NCBI RefSeq assembly: GCF_964204645.1 | Contig: NC_134034.1 | Coordinates: forward strand, 12,040,962 to 12,104,961 | Reading direction: 5' to 3' | Origin: Tubulanus polymorphus | Taxonomy: Eukaryota > Animalia > Nemertea | Length of the DNA stretch: 64,000 nucleotides | In this document: positions 12,319-25,750 of the stretch, piece by piece | Layout of the letters: each line of letters begins with the position of its first letter | How positions within the stretch are numbered: the first letter of the stretch is position 1 | Notes under the pieces: model-generated | Told to the model about the DNA's origin: nothing | Seen by the model: only the letters and a program-made list of their open reading frames with translations | Databases searched by the model: none | Program-made: the position numbers and the translations under genes

Positions 12319-15300
12319 GTTCAGGCCCGGGCTATATTCACTGACTGACATCGATCCAGCTCCATCATCATGACGAAATGCTTTTACGACAGGCTAGACC
12401 TAAGGCCTAGTCAGAACCTGTCATCTGTGGTTAAGTCGATATTTTCACAAACCACCTAGGGCCTAATCTGATAAGGTATAAGCCCATCCGATTATAAAAG
12501 CTTCAGTGCATACCACCAACAATTTGGTAAAGAACTAGATAAGAGACTAAGCTAATATTGGTCCAGTTCTGTAGTTTATATACCTATTTAAGATAAAGTC
12601 GCATGAGCTAAGCTCTCTTTGGTCCATTTCCGCACTTCAGATTTCGGACTTCAGATAAAACCGGGCTAAAAGGAATCGTGATTAGAGACTTAACTTAAAA
12701 GGCTAAGTTTATTTGCTCTCGAACAAAAACCGATTTGTCGCATTTTCTTGCTATTAAACATCGTTATGGCCTAGCCTCGGGTCAAATATTTATTCCTCGG
12801 CGAAAACTTTATTCGTTTGTTTGACAGGAACTCTTACGGTTATTGTGATTTGGTAAATGTCAAACTCACAGACGTCGTTAGCACGTTTCCAACGAGAAAT
12901 AACAAAGAATACAATACATTAAAGAAAAAGCAATTTCTCGAAAAGGGATATTTTTGTTTCGTATGTCGAAACGGAAGTTATTTTTAGCCAGACGAAAAAT
13001 CGCGAAATCGTCTCGATTTGGAAGCGAATGCGGTCATTCTCGATTTGACCGGAGACTTGTTTAAATAACGAACACAATACCGTCTCCGAGCAGAGATTTT
13101 TTATTCTCATAACTGGGACGATGTCTTCGCCATTTTTGCGATTATTATTCAAAAAGGCGAACGAAAAGGTTTTGAATAAGTTGAGAGAACGAGAAAGATA
13201 CTCGGGGAAAAATCTCCCGAGAGTTTTTTTTATTCAACGCATAGGATCGCTGAAAATAGATATTGGCTGGCACCTGATTAAATACGTGCTGCGAGGTTCC
13301 CGGTTTAGAAAACAACGCATTTTTAAATCAAGTCCGAGACGCCATCTATGTTTTGAAGTCTTCGAAACAATGTTCCTTCGGTTTATAGGCTAGGAAGGAA
13401 AGTGGAGCAAGTGAGTTTTTTTTTCGAAATAGAAAAAAAAGCTAACATTGCTAGGTATGAAAAAACCGGCAGCGCTGAGGTTTCAAATAAAACGAGTGGC
13501 GATGTAACTAAGATCGATTCTCAAATTGTTAGCTTCTCTAAGAACTCGGTGCAACGTAAAACCAACCGTTACTGGGTTATGTATAAAAAGATGTTTAAAA
13601 AACGAAAGTAGCTCAGTAGCTCGACTCTCTCGCTCGGAAATTTGTTGTTTTTTTTTCTTCGTAAAGATCGCCGATCTCGAACTGGCTGGCTTCTCGAGTT
13701 GTTTTATGAATTACCGAATTAACATCAGTAAAAACTTCAGACTAGATCCGATGAGAATGAGTTGAAGTTTAGGTTAGGTTAGTGTTACCTGTTCTCTCTC
13801 TCTCCGCGCGCTCGATGGTATTTGACTTAAGCTGAAAGCTGACATTTTTTCTCGCATAAGAGCTACACCTGCTTTTACACGATGATAACTTACAACATTC
13901 CTCTCCCCTCCCCCTCTCCCTCTCACCCCCTTCTATTATTGCTTATTAGTGCAGGTAAACCATCGTTATTAGCGCGGAGGGCATTGAATCGAAATTGTTT
14001 TCTATCTCCACAAAAAGCGATCCCCCCATCCCGGAAATTCCAATCAGCCGCGAGCAATTCAGGGATAAAGCTTCGTTCTCCCTAACCCTACCTCCCCCCG
14101 CCCCCCGCGGAGTCTGTCTAGTCAATTAATCTATGCAACTAAACAAGCATTTACCGAGATGACATTTACTGCGAAAATCAAGTCTTTCATCCCTGGTGCG
14201 GCGGAAGTCTGGGTTTCAGAGGTTTTTAATGGGCGGAAGGAAAAAGAATCGAAATAACAAAATCAGAGCGTTTCGTATGTGTTCTGAGAAGGTTAAAAAT
14301 AGGGCCTTTCTTTGTCTGGAGGTTATACAGGATGTCCAATGCTTGCATACCTAGAGCGGTGATTCGAAAAAATAAAACCCATCTTTTTATCTCTTTGTTA
14401 GTAGAAACTTAGCATTACGAGATGCTTTTTTTTTCTATTTTTCGGGGGAGGATTGAAAGCAAAATTTGTTCAGATATTTTGGTGCCCTTTACTTTGAAAT
14501 TGACTTGGCTAAAGCGCAGAAAACCCGATGGTTATATTGGATTAATTGAGTATTCATTGCTATTCTGTTAGGGGAGTGTTATCATGTAGTCATTGTTTTG
14601 TAATTAGTCCGGAGTCTAGTTTATTGCGGTAAACCACAAAACCACAAATCTCCAATCCTTCCTAACCCTCCCCTGCTGAGGAGCGTGATAGAGCCACTCA
14701 CTCTAATCTCATCATACGGGAGAAACAGCGTTTCGTGAAGATGTAAGTTTTTATTGGCTGAATCAACCGACGTGCTGTTTTACCAGTGTTACCTCTCCGC
14801 GCGATGACACGCCGATGTCAATCATGGCTAGTGACGGGTTATTAGCTGAGCCTGTCAATCAGACTGACTGTAGGCGAGAGAGCACCACTCAACGCGCTGG
14901 AGAGTCTTGCTGAAATGTTGTATGTTTAAACTGAATACTGATATTTGCCCTTCAAAAAGTCGGGGAGGGGGTAGAGAAGGATAAGGAGAGTGGAAAGATG
15001 CGGGGGGGAGTTTAGAGGAGAGAGGTACAATAGAGAGAGCAGTTGAAAGAGAGAGGAGGAAGGCAAGAAGAGATAGGTGTCGGGAGAGAAGCAAGAGATG
15101 AAGGTGAGGGGACAAGCATAGAGAAAGAGGTGGCACAGAGGGAAGAGGCAAAGGTGGATCGAAAGTTAGGGGGCAGGGGTAGTGCACCCCCTGCCCAGAA
15201 TGTCGAATTGCCCTGTCGAAATTTGACGGGAAAATGACAAATGTTAAACTGATACCTAAAAAAATCTAAATTCATAAGCTTGTTGTCTCCGTATTTCCAA

Positions 15301-18300
15301 AAATGTTTCCAACGAGCATTCATCCGAGGTGCCCACGACATGCCCTCCTATTTTGGGGGGTCGACCCTCCCTGAATCAGACCCTAGATCCACCGCTGAGA
15401 GAGAAGAGAAAGTTATAGAGGTAAATAGAACACTCCACTCAAATAAATCAACAGGTTGTTGTTATATCGACAGTCGAACAACTGTTTCTTAACTTGCACC
15501 GTTCACTCTCAGCGTTCTTATTATTCAGAGGGTTATGTTGTTATCGCGAGTTCCTCTCTGAGGCTTCACTCAATTCGTTCTGATTCTTCACTCTGTCATG
15601 TTTAAAGTATCGAAAACCGTCGGATACAAATTGGCCACTTCAAGTCTGGGCACTCGTAGATACGGATGACAGGTCGGCGGAGGTTGCGCGCGTTATCTAT
15701 CATCGGAAATAGAAAAATTCACGATCGTTCGAAAAATGCTTTTCGAAATTCGGGAAAAAAATGCGCGGCGACGCCCGCGTCTCGCGATTGGGTAAATCTG
15801 TTCTGTTGTATCGTTACAGTTTGCGCCGCTGTATCAGAATGTTATCCGGCAGAATCTCGCTGACTGTACGTCTCGAGAGGTCTACGGAGGTTATCTGTAA
15901 TCTCAAGCGTCGGAATTCTAACTGCGAAACGCGGAAGGTTTTCCCAAGCATTTCAAAGTTCGCGGGCAGGCGGGGGAGAGGGACAATTTTTGAATCATGT
16001 TTTGCAATGTTTGACTTCATTTCGGACGCCTAAATCGGGAAAAAGCAGTCGTATTTCGAAGCTATAGTGACCTGTCGATCTACTCTATATTTCTACCCGT
16101 AGATCTGCCACCCGAGATCTACTCTACTAGAGCCGTTGTTGTGGCTTTGGTTGTTATGAGTAATTAATGTAGTTAATGCTAAACTATTATTAAGGGGTCA
16201 TTTTTTTGGCTAGGGTTCAAAATGTAGCTCTTTGTCCTGGATATTTTGATTAATTGTAGTATTTGACGTTCATATGTATAGTAATCACTCAAATATGGAT
16301 TCGCGTCAATGCCAGGCTAGAGTTTATGAAATTAGCGTACTAGACTTTATTTTGGCCGTTAAAAACGCTCATGGCTACCGCGTAAATCCCCCTAATCATC
16401 AAAATTCTGGTCCGTATAGCCTACACTTGGTATCCTCATGGCAGGGTAAAAATTGAAGTTCTGTTCATACTGGTCAGGCAGGTAGACACTGGCTCCGCGC
16501 GACCCTGGATGTTGAAATATTTCGAAATGTTGTTGTGGCTTGTATATATACAAGTTTGTAATGTAGTAATTAAGGATAACATGTTTGTGGAATTTGCTCT
16601 GAACTGGTGGAATGTAGTTGTTATTAGTACTAGGTAGAGAGAGGGAGGGAGGGAGGGAGTGAGGAGTGGTCTCTTTAGTAGGATCTCAATACTTGATATT
16701 TATGTAATATATCTTAGGAAGAGAGTTCAAGTATCCGAATAGCCATAGAAGCGATTACATTAAAAACCTCATTTTCTAATGAGTAAATACAGTTTATTGA
16801 CACGAACGTTTTCGGGATCATATCCCCCTGATCAGGTGAAATAGAAGTAAATCAAATGATTAAACTACAGGTTTATATACAACATAAGTATTTCAGTATA
16901 TGTAATATCTCTGAGGAGTTATCTGTGTAATCAGCTGTAACTGGAATCAGTACAGATCACAGATTGTTTTAATTCAGATTCTCCCCCCCCCCCCCCCCGC
17001 CCCCAGAAGGTTCTCTAATCTCTGTCTGTCTGTCCATCTGTACGTAATTAAACTCTCAGACCTGGTTTACACGTGTGTGTGTGTCTAGAAATCGGTGAGT
17101 AAACTCTCATTCACAAATCTGCAGCAGAATCTCGCTGCCTGCTCGAGATCGGTTGCGTGTGATTCATTCACCTTCTAACGGCGTAAACTACGCTTAAAAA
17201 AACGACTCAACCGGATTGTGCATGTCTGAGTTGAGTTTGAGAAAAAAATACCGGTTACATCATCATAAGTGAACGCTATATAAAGGATCCTTGACTCCTG
17301 TTATTTTAAAAGATGATCTTTAAAGAGACCAGTGCTGAGTAATAGAAGCCTGAATTTTTGGTTCGAAATCACCGTTTTTAAATGATTCAAACAAGCTCCA
17401 GTTTTCAAGGTAAAAAGCGTTTTGCCCGCGGGCAATTCATTCATTTAAGATATTGCCTCATTTTTAATCGGGTCAGGGTGCAAATGGCTCCCTTTTTTGA
17501 AATGAGATGAATAACGATATCCTTTTCAATCACATCTATTACGCAGTCCGTTCGAGACTTCGTACGTCCGATCTATAGCCCCGCGATTCAGCTGTATAGT
17601 CTGGTCTGTTCTGTTGGACCTGTAGCTGTTTAAATATCGTGGGCGTGAGTTGAAAAATTTGCAACGTCGGTAAAACTGTCGACGTTTGATCATCGTTTGA
17701 AATATATTTCATATTCTGAATTATTGATTGTTATGTACGGGTTGTTGTTGCTGATGTTTGGGTTCGTTTCAGATTTCATTCGTCATCTCCCTGTGTGTTT
17801 GTTAGTGTAGATGTTTTGCGTGTGGGTGAGGATGAGACGATGTCTGCGTCTCCTCGGTGTAAATCGATGGATGGTTTGTTACGAGACACACGCCGTCGTC
17901 GTATTTCTGTCTCCCGGTGAGGAGAGAGTAGATTTAATCGAGTCGTCTGTCGTGCGACACCGTTTGAGATTTTTTCCCTTAAAATGTCGGTGAAGGCAGA
18001 GGCGGGGAGTGGAGGGGGAGGCAGGGAGGGGGAGGCAGGGATGGTTGGATTTCTTTGTTGTAGCCATTTTTCCGATTTCATTACGTTAACACAAGCCGTT
18101 CATGAATTTACGAATCGTTACCAAGCCCTATTTATGGCGATAACATTTTGATGCCTGGTTTAGAAGACATTTTATGGACTAATTTTGACAAGAAAATGTC
18201 AGGGAGGGACGGAGATCGACGTGGTATATGGACAGTCCCTCGATAGATTTCCGAGTTTAGTAGGAGTGTCTCTTTCTGTTGTAGGGTTTGGGGAGAGAGG

Positions 18301-18879
18301 GGGGTTTAGTCAGTCACTTGTAGGGAGGTCGTGTACAGGGTAAAATAGGACTCATTTTTCAGGAATGATTGCGTCACAAACCCCACATCATCCCACATCA
18401 TCCCACATCATCCCACATCATTTGCAGTAGATAAAATATTGTTGCTCGGCGCTCGTAAAGTTTGCGTTTGTTTGCTGCGCTGTTGTCGACTGTTCTACGT
18501 CCGTTTGTTATGAAACATTGTTATTTATTCATCGTCAGTCTCTTTCTCTCGACTCGCAGTTTCGGGATCTCGGCCAGAATTAATTCTTCCGCTTAAAATG
18601 TTTATGACGATGTTTTCGTGTTGATCTTACGAACTGGGAAAAAATCCCAGCATCGCGTAATAAAATGTTTCGCATCTACGTCATCAAGGGGTAAGGTTTC
18701 TTCGATCGGGTTTGTGCGGCTCGTTTTTTCGAGTCCTAATTTTTAATTCAAGGTTTCGGTTCATCGACCTTACTCGGGGGGGGGGGGGAAGTAGTTTTGG
18801 TCAAGGACGATTCTCTGAAGAGAATTTTGATTTTCGGATGAGGACCGATGGATGTGCAGTAGATTCAAGTTAAGTTGGA

Positions 18880-19670
18880 CCTTTTTGACTTGAGAGTGAC
18901 ATCTGAGTTGGATGATACATTAGACCCAGCTCAAGTCAGATCTTTTGAATTGAGAGTGATATCTGAGTTGGATGGTACAGTAGACTCCGCTCAAGTCGGA
19001 TATTGACTTGAGAGTGATATCTGAGTTGGATGATACAGTAGACTCCGCTCAAGTGGGATTTTTGTGACTTGAGAGTGATATCTGAGTTGGATGATACAGA
19101 AGACTCCGCTCAAGTCTGATCTTTTTACTAGAGAGTGATATCTGAGTTGGATGATACAGAAGACTCCGCTCAAGTGGGGTCTTATGACTTGAGAGTGATA
19201 TCTGAGTTGGATGGTACAGTAGACTCCGCTCAAGTCTGATCTTTTGACTCGAGAGTGATATATGAGTTGGATGATACAGAAGACTCCGCTCAAGTCGGAT
19301 CTTTTGACTTGAGAGTGACATCTGAGTTGGATGGTACAGTAGACTCCGCTCAAGTCTGATCTTTTGACTCGAGAGTGATATATGAGTTGGATGATACAGT
19401 AGACTCCACTCAAGTCGGATATTGAGTGATATCTGAGTTGGATGATACAGTAGACTCCACTCAAGTCGGATATTGAGTGATATCTGAGTTGGATGATACA
19501 GTAGACTCCGCTCAAGTCGGATCTTTTGACTTGAGAGTGATATCTGAGTTGGATGATACAGTAGACTCCGCTCAAGTCGGATCTTTTGACTTGAGAGTGA
19601 TATCTGAGTTGGATGGTACAGTAGACTCCGCTCAAGTGGGGTCTTATGACTTGAGAGTGATATCTGAGCT
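18880..19670. repeat. Minisatellite, 60-bp unit (51-bp deletion variants), ~13 copies
   Basis: ttgagagtgatatctgagttggatgatacagtagactccgctcaagtcggatcttttgac repeated. Confidence 0.95.
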
Positions 19671-20556
19671 GAATGACCCAGTTACCACTGGCGACACCTG
19701 GCGGATGTTCGCAGTATCCTCACTTGCCGCAGTTGTAGCCGTGCTGATAACTCACTGTTCTATTCGCAGTTATAAACATGAGTAACATCTTAATAGAAAA
19801 AATGTATCGAATGCTTCTAATTTTTGGCACCGATCACAGATGCCCGCCTCCATCCATCTGTGTATGCCCTTGGGCGCATATTTTATGAGATAGCATTCGG
19901 CTTAAAAGCTACCACGCGCCGATCGGTACCACCTGCTCGCGCCGTGCACCGCGCTGTGTACCGCACCGAGGGTGCGTCGACGTCAGAACCAGTAAACCAT
20001 GCCTCGCGATCACGTCACACGTCGTATTTTCTCGGCGGAGTAATTGTTATCGCGTCGTTAAGACAAACAGAACTAATTATCGTCGACGAGCGGCAGACGC
20101 GCAGGAAGTTGCCGAGATTCGTAAACTACCTGTTTCCACGCACACCACGCGACTGTCTGAATTATTGCTCCGTCTTATAAATCTATATATCTATATTGTT
20201 TCTTGCTTTCGCGTTGTTGTTGTTTTTCTAAGCGCGTATATGCATATTTTTTTCATCTTACCGTTCGACCTATTTCCCGGAAACTGCCGCAACCAGTTAA
20301 TGACTGTAGTTATTACGCAATTAATTTGTGGCCTTTGTTCGTTCGTTGGTTTGTTCAAGCGTTGATGAAGATGAATTTTGTGTAAACTCATTTTCTTGCC
20401 GTGTAAAAAAACCCTGTAGCCTACATCCTGTATCATGTATGGTTATGTGTAGGCTGGGGTTTTTTTGTGAAATGATTCATTTTGTGCTAGTCATGCGAGC
20501 CCATATTGCTATCACACGGATTGATAACTTGCTCGGGGAGTCGATAACTTTCGTTG

Positions 20557-20745
20557 ACAATTGATAGTTTGAATCCTGACATTGCCAAAGTTTCTTTCTG
20601 TAGTTCTTCTCTGAGCTCTCCACCCCGACAATTGATAGTTTGAATCCTGACATAGCCAAAGTTTCTTTCTGTAATTCTTCTCTGAGCTCTCCACCCCCGA
20701 CAATTGATAGTTTGAATCCTGACAGCGCCAAAGTTTCTTTCTGTG
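20557..20745. repeat. Tandem repeat, ~61-bp unit, 3 copies
   Basis: gacaattgatagtttgaatcctgac...ccaaagtttctttctg repeated. Confidence 0.85.
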
Positions 20746-21519
20746 TTTCTTTTTGCGTAGTTCTTAGATGACAATTTAAGACCTGGCACGGTCGAAGGCA
20801 TGTTCTCCTTTTTATGCGGTTAGGCGCGAATTTTTCCATCGGAATTCCTTCTATTGTAAAAATCCTTTGAGAACTTTCCCCCCTGAAAACCGATATATTG
20901 TAAACAAAACACATATCGGGCCCTAGAAACAAAATAAACAAGGTCTACGGTAAATTCTGTTGGTGAAGACTATGTTTTTTTGGCAGGGGATCAGTTGCTG
21001 GTATATATATATATGTGTGTTATATGTACACATTACTCTCTTACTGCAAATAATACAGTCTTACATTCAAAACGCATTCACAAACATTATGCGTGTATTT
21101 GTATATTTATGTATGTATAGAATATTTGTTCAACTAATGTTCATAATCTACGGATCGGCTTCGTAATGAACTTTAAAGAGACCCTACCATATAAAATGGC
21201 TGCCTACTAAGTCACCCTATGATGTCATAGAGACCGCTTCGATGAGTGGGCTGACTCGGTAAGACCGCTGCGACATCGGCAAGGTCTATGGACATTTTTG
21301 TACAAGATAACCGATTCCTGAATGCCCCAATGACATCTTCTTAGTTGTCTTTATATGAAATTGGATGATGTCATAGGGGGATTTAGAAGGAGGCTATCTT
21401 TAAAAGGGTCTAGAGCTAACATCAATGAGGACAGACTGAAAATACAGATCCAGCTCTATTTGAAATAAGCGTGCATGAAGTTAAATTGTTTTGGCCTAGC
21501 CAACCACTAGGGCCTGCTG

Positions 21520-21715
21520 TTGGCCTCCTAGCTAACCCCCCGGTGCACAATGACCTCCTAGTCAACCTCTACTGTATATTGACCTCCTAGTTAACCTCTC
21601 ACTGTATATTGACCTCCTAGTCAACCTCTTCTGTATATTGACCTCCTAGCTAACCTCTTACTGTATATTGACCTCCTAGCTAACCTCTTACTGTATATTG
21701 ACCTCCTAGCCAACC
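21520..21715. repeat. Tandem repeat, ~30-bp unit
   Basis: ctgtatattgacctcctagctaacctctta repeated ~5-6 times. Confidence 0.85.
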
Positions 21716-23244
21716 CTAGCCGGCCTCTAGTACTGTGACCTGCTAGCCAATGTAATTTCATCGATACAAATGAATTGTGGCTGTCGCAATAGAGTAACCA
21801 CATTTTCATGTCATGGGATATTTACATTTCCCCGTAAATAAATATCAATAGTCAAATAAAATAACTATTATTCTCGGTATAAACTGGTGAAACAGGAAGA
21901 ATTTATACCGCGTACCAGATGCGTGGTTTTCCCTGAAATTGACTGAACTCGGAAAAGATTTGCGATCATTTTTATTATTTTCATTAGAACAAGTTTAATA
22001 TGTCTTAGGAATTATAGTCGTCAAATGATTAACAAGAAAACTGGAAAGTTCATCGATGCCTTGAAAAATAACAGAAATATTGCTTAATACTGAATAAATG
22101 ATATACTAAATACTGTTGACAACAAAAAAATGATACAAATTACATCATATTAAAGATAAATAAATTCAAGTTTGAATATATCGATAATTGAATTGGATTG
22201 AATGGCAACCAGTCTAGCCCGATATATTGATGACATAGTGCACATCCTCTTAGAATCAATTAGAAACATTATTGTAACAGTTTTTAAGGCGTCAAAAAAA
22301 TCAGCTCTAATTTTTGAATCTCGATTTGTCGTATTTCTAATTCTTATTCACGAAGTATAAAGTCGTCGTTTGACTTACATACATCAGTTGTTTAATGGAA
22401 AATTCTTAAATTGTGTTTTTTTTAATTATTCGATTGACCTTAAATCGGAATTAGAAACTTCACCGACCTCCGACGATCTCTTGACGACCTCTTGAACGAT
22501 ATCTATAACTAACGACGAGGAACTTGTGAAAGTTGTTAAACTACAGGTCAAGTTGTTCGTAATAAACTGATCATCATTCTAGAAACCGAATTTCTGAAGA
22601 GCGAATTTCTCCTTTCTGAACTATATAACAGTCCAATATTTAGTCCTCGAAATTGATTTATCGCAGGAAACATTTGGAAATGCTCTGATTGATAAGTCTG
22701 ATTAATACGGGGTTTTTTATCACTGAGGGTCATTGGGCAGGAGTTTAAAGATTACATTACCTCGGTTGTTGAAGTGTCCTAAAACAAAACTGAAAAATTA
22801 AGATATGCCCCAATTATGAGGTTTAGTAATCTTTGACTTATATTTGCGACCCATAGAATTTCTATTATGATTTGTTATTTTTTTGGACTTTGTTGAAGAT
22901 GCCCTTATTGCGAAGTTTAGTGATTTACTTATATCTGCGACCGTAGAATTTTTCTAATGATTCGTACTATTTTTTTGACTTAATACAATCGTGGATTAAG
23001 TAGAATGTTTGATACATGTTTTAGATATTGGATGAATGCTTTCCCAGGTAGAGAGAGCTGGGGGGAGGGGGGGTTGTTGGTAACCCGACCCCACGGAATG
23101 CTGGTTTTATGTAGGTATTTTATTCATGTAGTATTATCTATATATTGAGGGTATCGTTATAAAACGGTAGAATAGCTGAATACCATAGTCTCATATCCAA
23201 CCCATTATTGCGGTTTCCAGTTGAGTTTTTCATGTATTGATGAT

Positions 23245-23837
23245 GGGAGGTGAGAGAGAGAGAGGGAGAGAGTTTTGAGAAGAGAGGATAGAGAGATGGA
23301 GGACAAGACGGAGACATTGATAGAGACAATGAAGGATAGAGGGCAGGAGGTAGAAAGGAGAGGGAAGGGTTTGGGAAGAGAGGAGAGATGGAGGACAAGA
23401 TGGAGTTATTGATAGAGACCATGAAGGAGAGAGGGTAGGAGGTAGAAAGGAGAGGGAAGGGTTTGGGAAGAGAGGAGAGATGGAGGACAAGATGGAGTTA
23501 TTGATAGAGACCATGAAGGAGAGAGGGTAGGAGGTAGAAAGGAGAGGGAAGGGTTTGGGAAGAGAGGAGAGATGGAGGACAAGATGGATTTATTGATAGA
23601 GACCATGAAGGAGAGAGGGTAGGAGGTAGAAAGGAGAGGGAAGGGTTTGGGAAGAGAGGAGAGATGGAGTTATTGATAGAGACAATGAAGGAGAGAGGGT
23701 AGGAGGTAGAAAGGAGGGGGAGGGGTTTGGGAAGACAGGACAGGATAGAGGCATTGATAAAGAGCAAGAGGTAGAGAGGGGAAAAGAAGTAGCGGTCGAG
23801 GTAGAAAAAGGAGAAGTCAGAAAAGAAGAGCATGCAA

Positions 23838-23892
<55 letters not shown>
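23245..23892. repeat. Purine-rich 92-bp minisatellite followed by (GA)n
   Basis: ggaggtagaaaggagagggaagggtttgggaagagagg... x~5; (GA)n at ~23840-23892. Confidence 0.9.
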
Positions 23893-23895
<3 letters not shown>

Positions 23896-25218
23896 CAGGA
23901 AAGTGAATATCCTGCAGTATAGGGTTGAGCGCACCCTCCACCCTCCCGGTCCTGTATCTCTACGAGATAAAACAGTAATCACTGCCACCCGACGCAGTGG
24001 TTTAATATGATAATAAAAACCCGATTGAGAGTTGTCGGTTCACACGCATTCCGACGATGTTTGGCAATATCGTTATACCTTAGTAAACGACACCTGTTGA
24101 GGAATTCGGCGCGAAGAGAGAGAGATCTGGGGGTGGGTTAGAGTTATACAGCGTAGAACGGTGAACGATGCCAGAAATTACTGACATATTTTATGAACGA
24201 AACGAACGGAAGGAATGAACTATTAGAAGCAGGTTTAGATTATCGGGTTTATTTTGTAATTCACCATCCTCTCTCCCTTCCCCTCACCCATCTCTCCCCC
24301 TCTCTCCCCCCTCCCAACTGACGAACCTGACTATGACAACTTTTGAGAGTAGTTTCTACACTTTAGGAGCTTGATTTCTCCTGAAACTATCAGTACCCTC
24401 GTACTGGGAATAATTTTGAGTTCATTTCATTTTCAATTAAACTACTATTATTGATACGAGATCACTCTCTTTTTGGTGAGAATTGCTGAATTGATGAGAT
24501 ATTGGAATCAAGGTCCGATCTACCGAGCAAATACTGAATGTCAAATCGAATGATTTTTCTTCGCTCCTCTAAAAATAACAGATCGGTATGTTAAGTCTAT
24601 ATATCCGCTAGCCTTACCCCCTGGACGGTGTTAGATTATCGCATTCAAAACGTCGGTTTTGTTTAAGACATCGCAGGTTTAGTTGTCGATAAAGAACTGG
24701 TTAGAAACAAGTAACAAGTAACCAGCGTGAAGCCTTCAGTGAAGCCCGGTAACAGTTCAATATAATCTACACCTTAGCTTCAAAACATCTGTTTTTAGGG
24801 GCTAAAATTAGTTTAAGCTCGATCCAGTATTCTAAAAAAATTTCCATAAAGATGGCAGCCTCTATTGGACTTGGAGATATAAGTTTTCAGGGTTGCGGGG
24901 CATTTTTTAATGGAAATGGTACCAGAAATCGCCAGAAATTGTATCCCGGTGGCTTAAGAATATCGCCCTGCCCCCTTCCACTCCGAAAAGAAAAAATTAG
25001 TTGGTTTTGGTGTTTTTGGATATTTTCGAATTACATCTTTTAACTAGAAAAACAATTGCTGCCTCCTTGAGTCCCCCTATGACATCATCAACTAGTCCTT
25101 TAAGACATGGATTTAATGAGATTTTTTCTTCCGCTACGCATCTCATCGAATCTCCCTATGAAATCGTCAAAAATCGAACGAGATTTTAATCAAATTTTTT
25201 TTCTGGTGATTTTTTCAG

Positions 25219-25431
25219 GGGTAAATTCGCGGTGGTGAAACTTGTCAAGGACAAACAGAACAACAAACAATACGCGGCTAAATTCATCCGTAAACGTCGC
25301 AAGGGCAAGTGTCAACGCGCGGCGATCCTCGATGAGCTCGTCGTCCACGAGATGGCGCTCAATCACTCGCGATTAATTCACATGTACGAAGTGTACGAGA
25401 CCAATCATGACATCATCATTATCATGGAATA
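25219..25431 (+). CDS. STK17A: DRAK/STK17 kinase exon 2 (GKFAVV...YAAKFIRKRRKG...IIIME)
   Basis: tttttcag acceptor, gtaagt donor. Subdomains I-V with the AAK lysine and the DRAK-type basic loop KRRKG. Confidence 0.93.
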
Positions 25432-25750
25432 GTAAGTATTCATCCCCTTTATGACATCATCGTGTCACGTATTCCCCTATGACATCATCATTATCATGGA
25501 ATAGTAAGTATTCATCCCCCTTATGACATCATCATGTCACATATTCCCCCGATGACATCATCATTATCATGGAATAGTAAGTATTCATCCCCCTTATGAC
25601 ATCATCGTGTCAGGTATTCCCCCTATGACATCATCATTATCATGGAATAGTAAGTATTCATCCCCCTTATGACATCATCATGTCAGGTATTCCCCCTATG
25701 ACATCATCATTATCATGGACTAGTAAGTATTCTTCCCCCTTATGATGTCA
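25405..25750. repeat. 72-73-bp tandem repeat x5 spanning the exon-2 end and donor
   Basis: atcatggaata|gtaagt recurs with GT at 25432, 25504, 25577, 25650, 25723. Confidence 0.92.

Noticed and set aside
18991-19635. 214-aa repetitive ORF; likewise 57662-58283, 23138-23988, 50718-51606, 63714-63959
   Set aside because: Translations of minisatellites or microsatellites lying in introns or intergenic DNA
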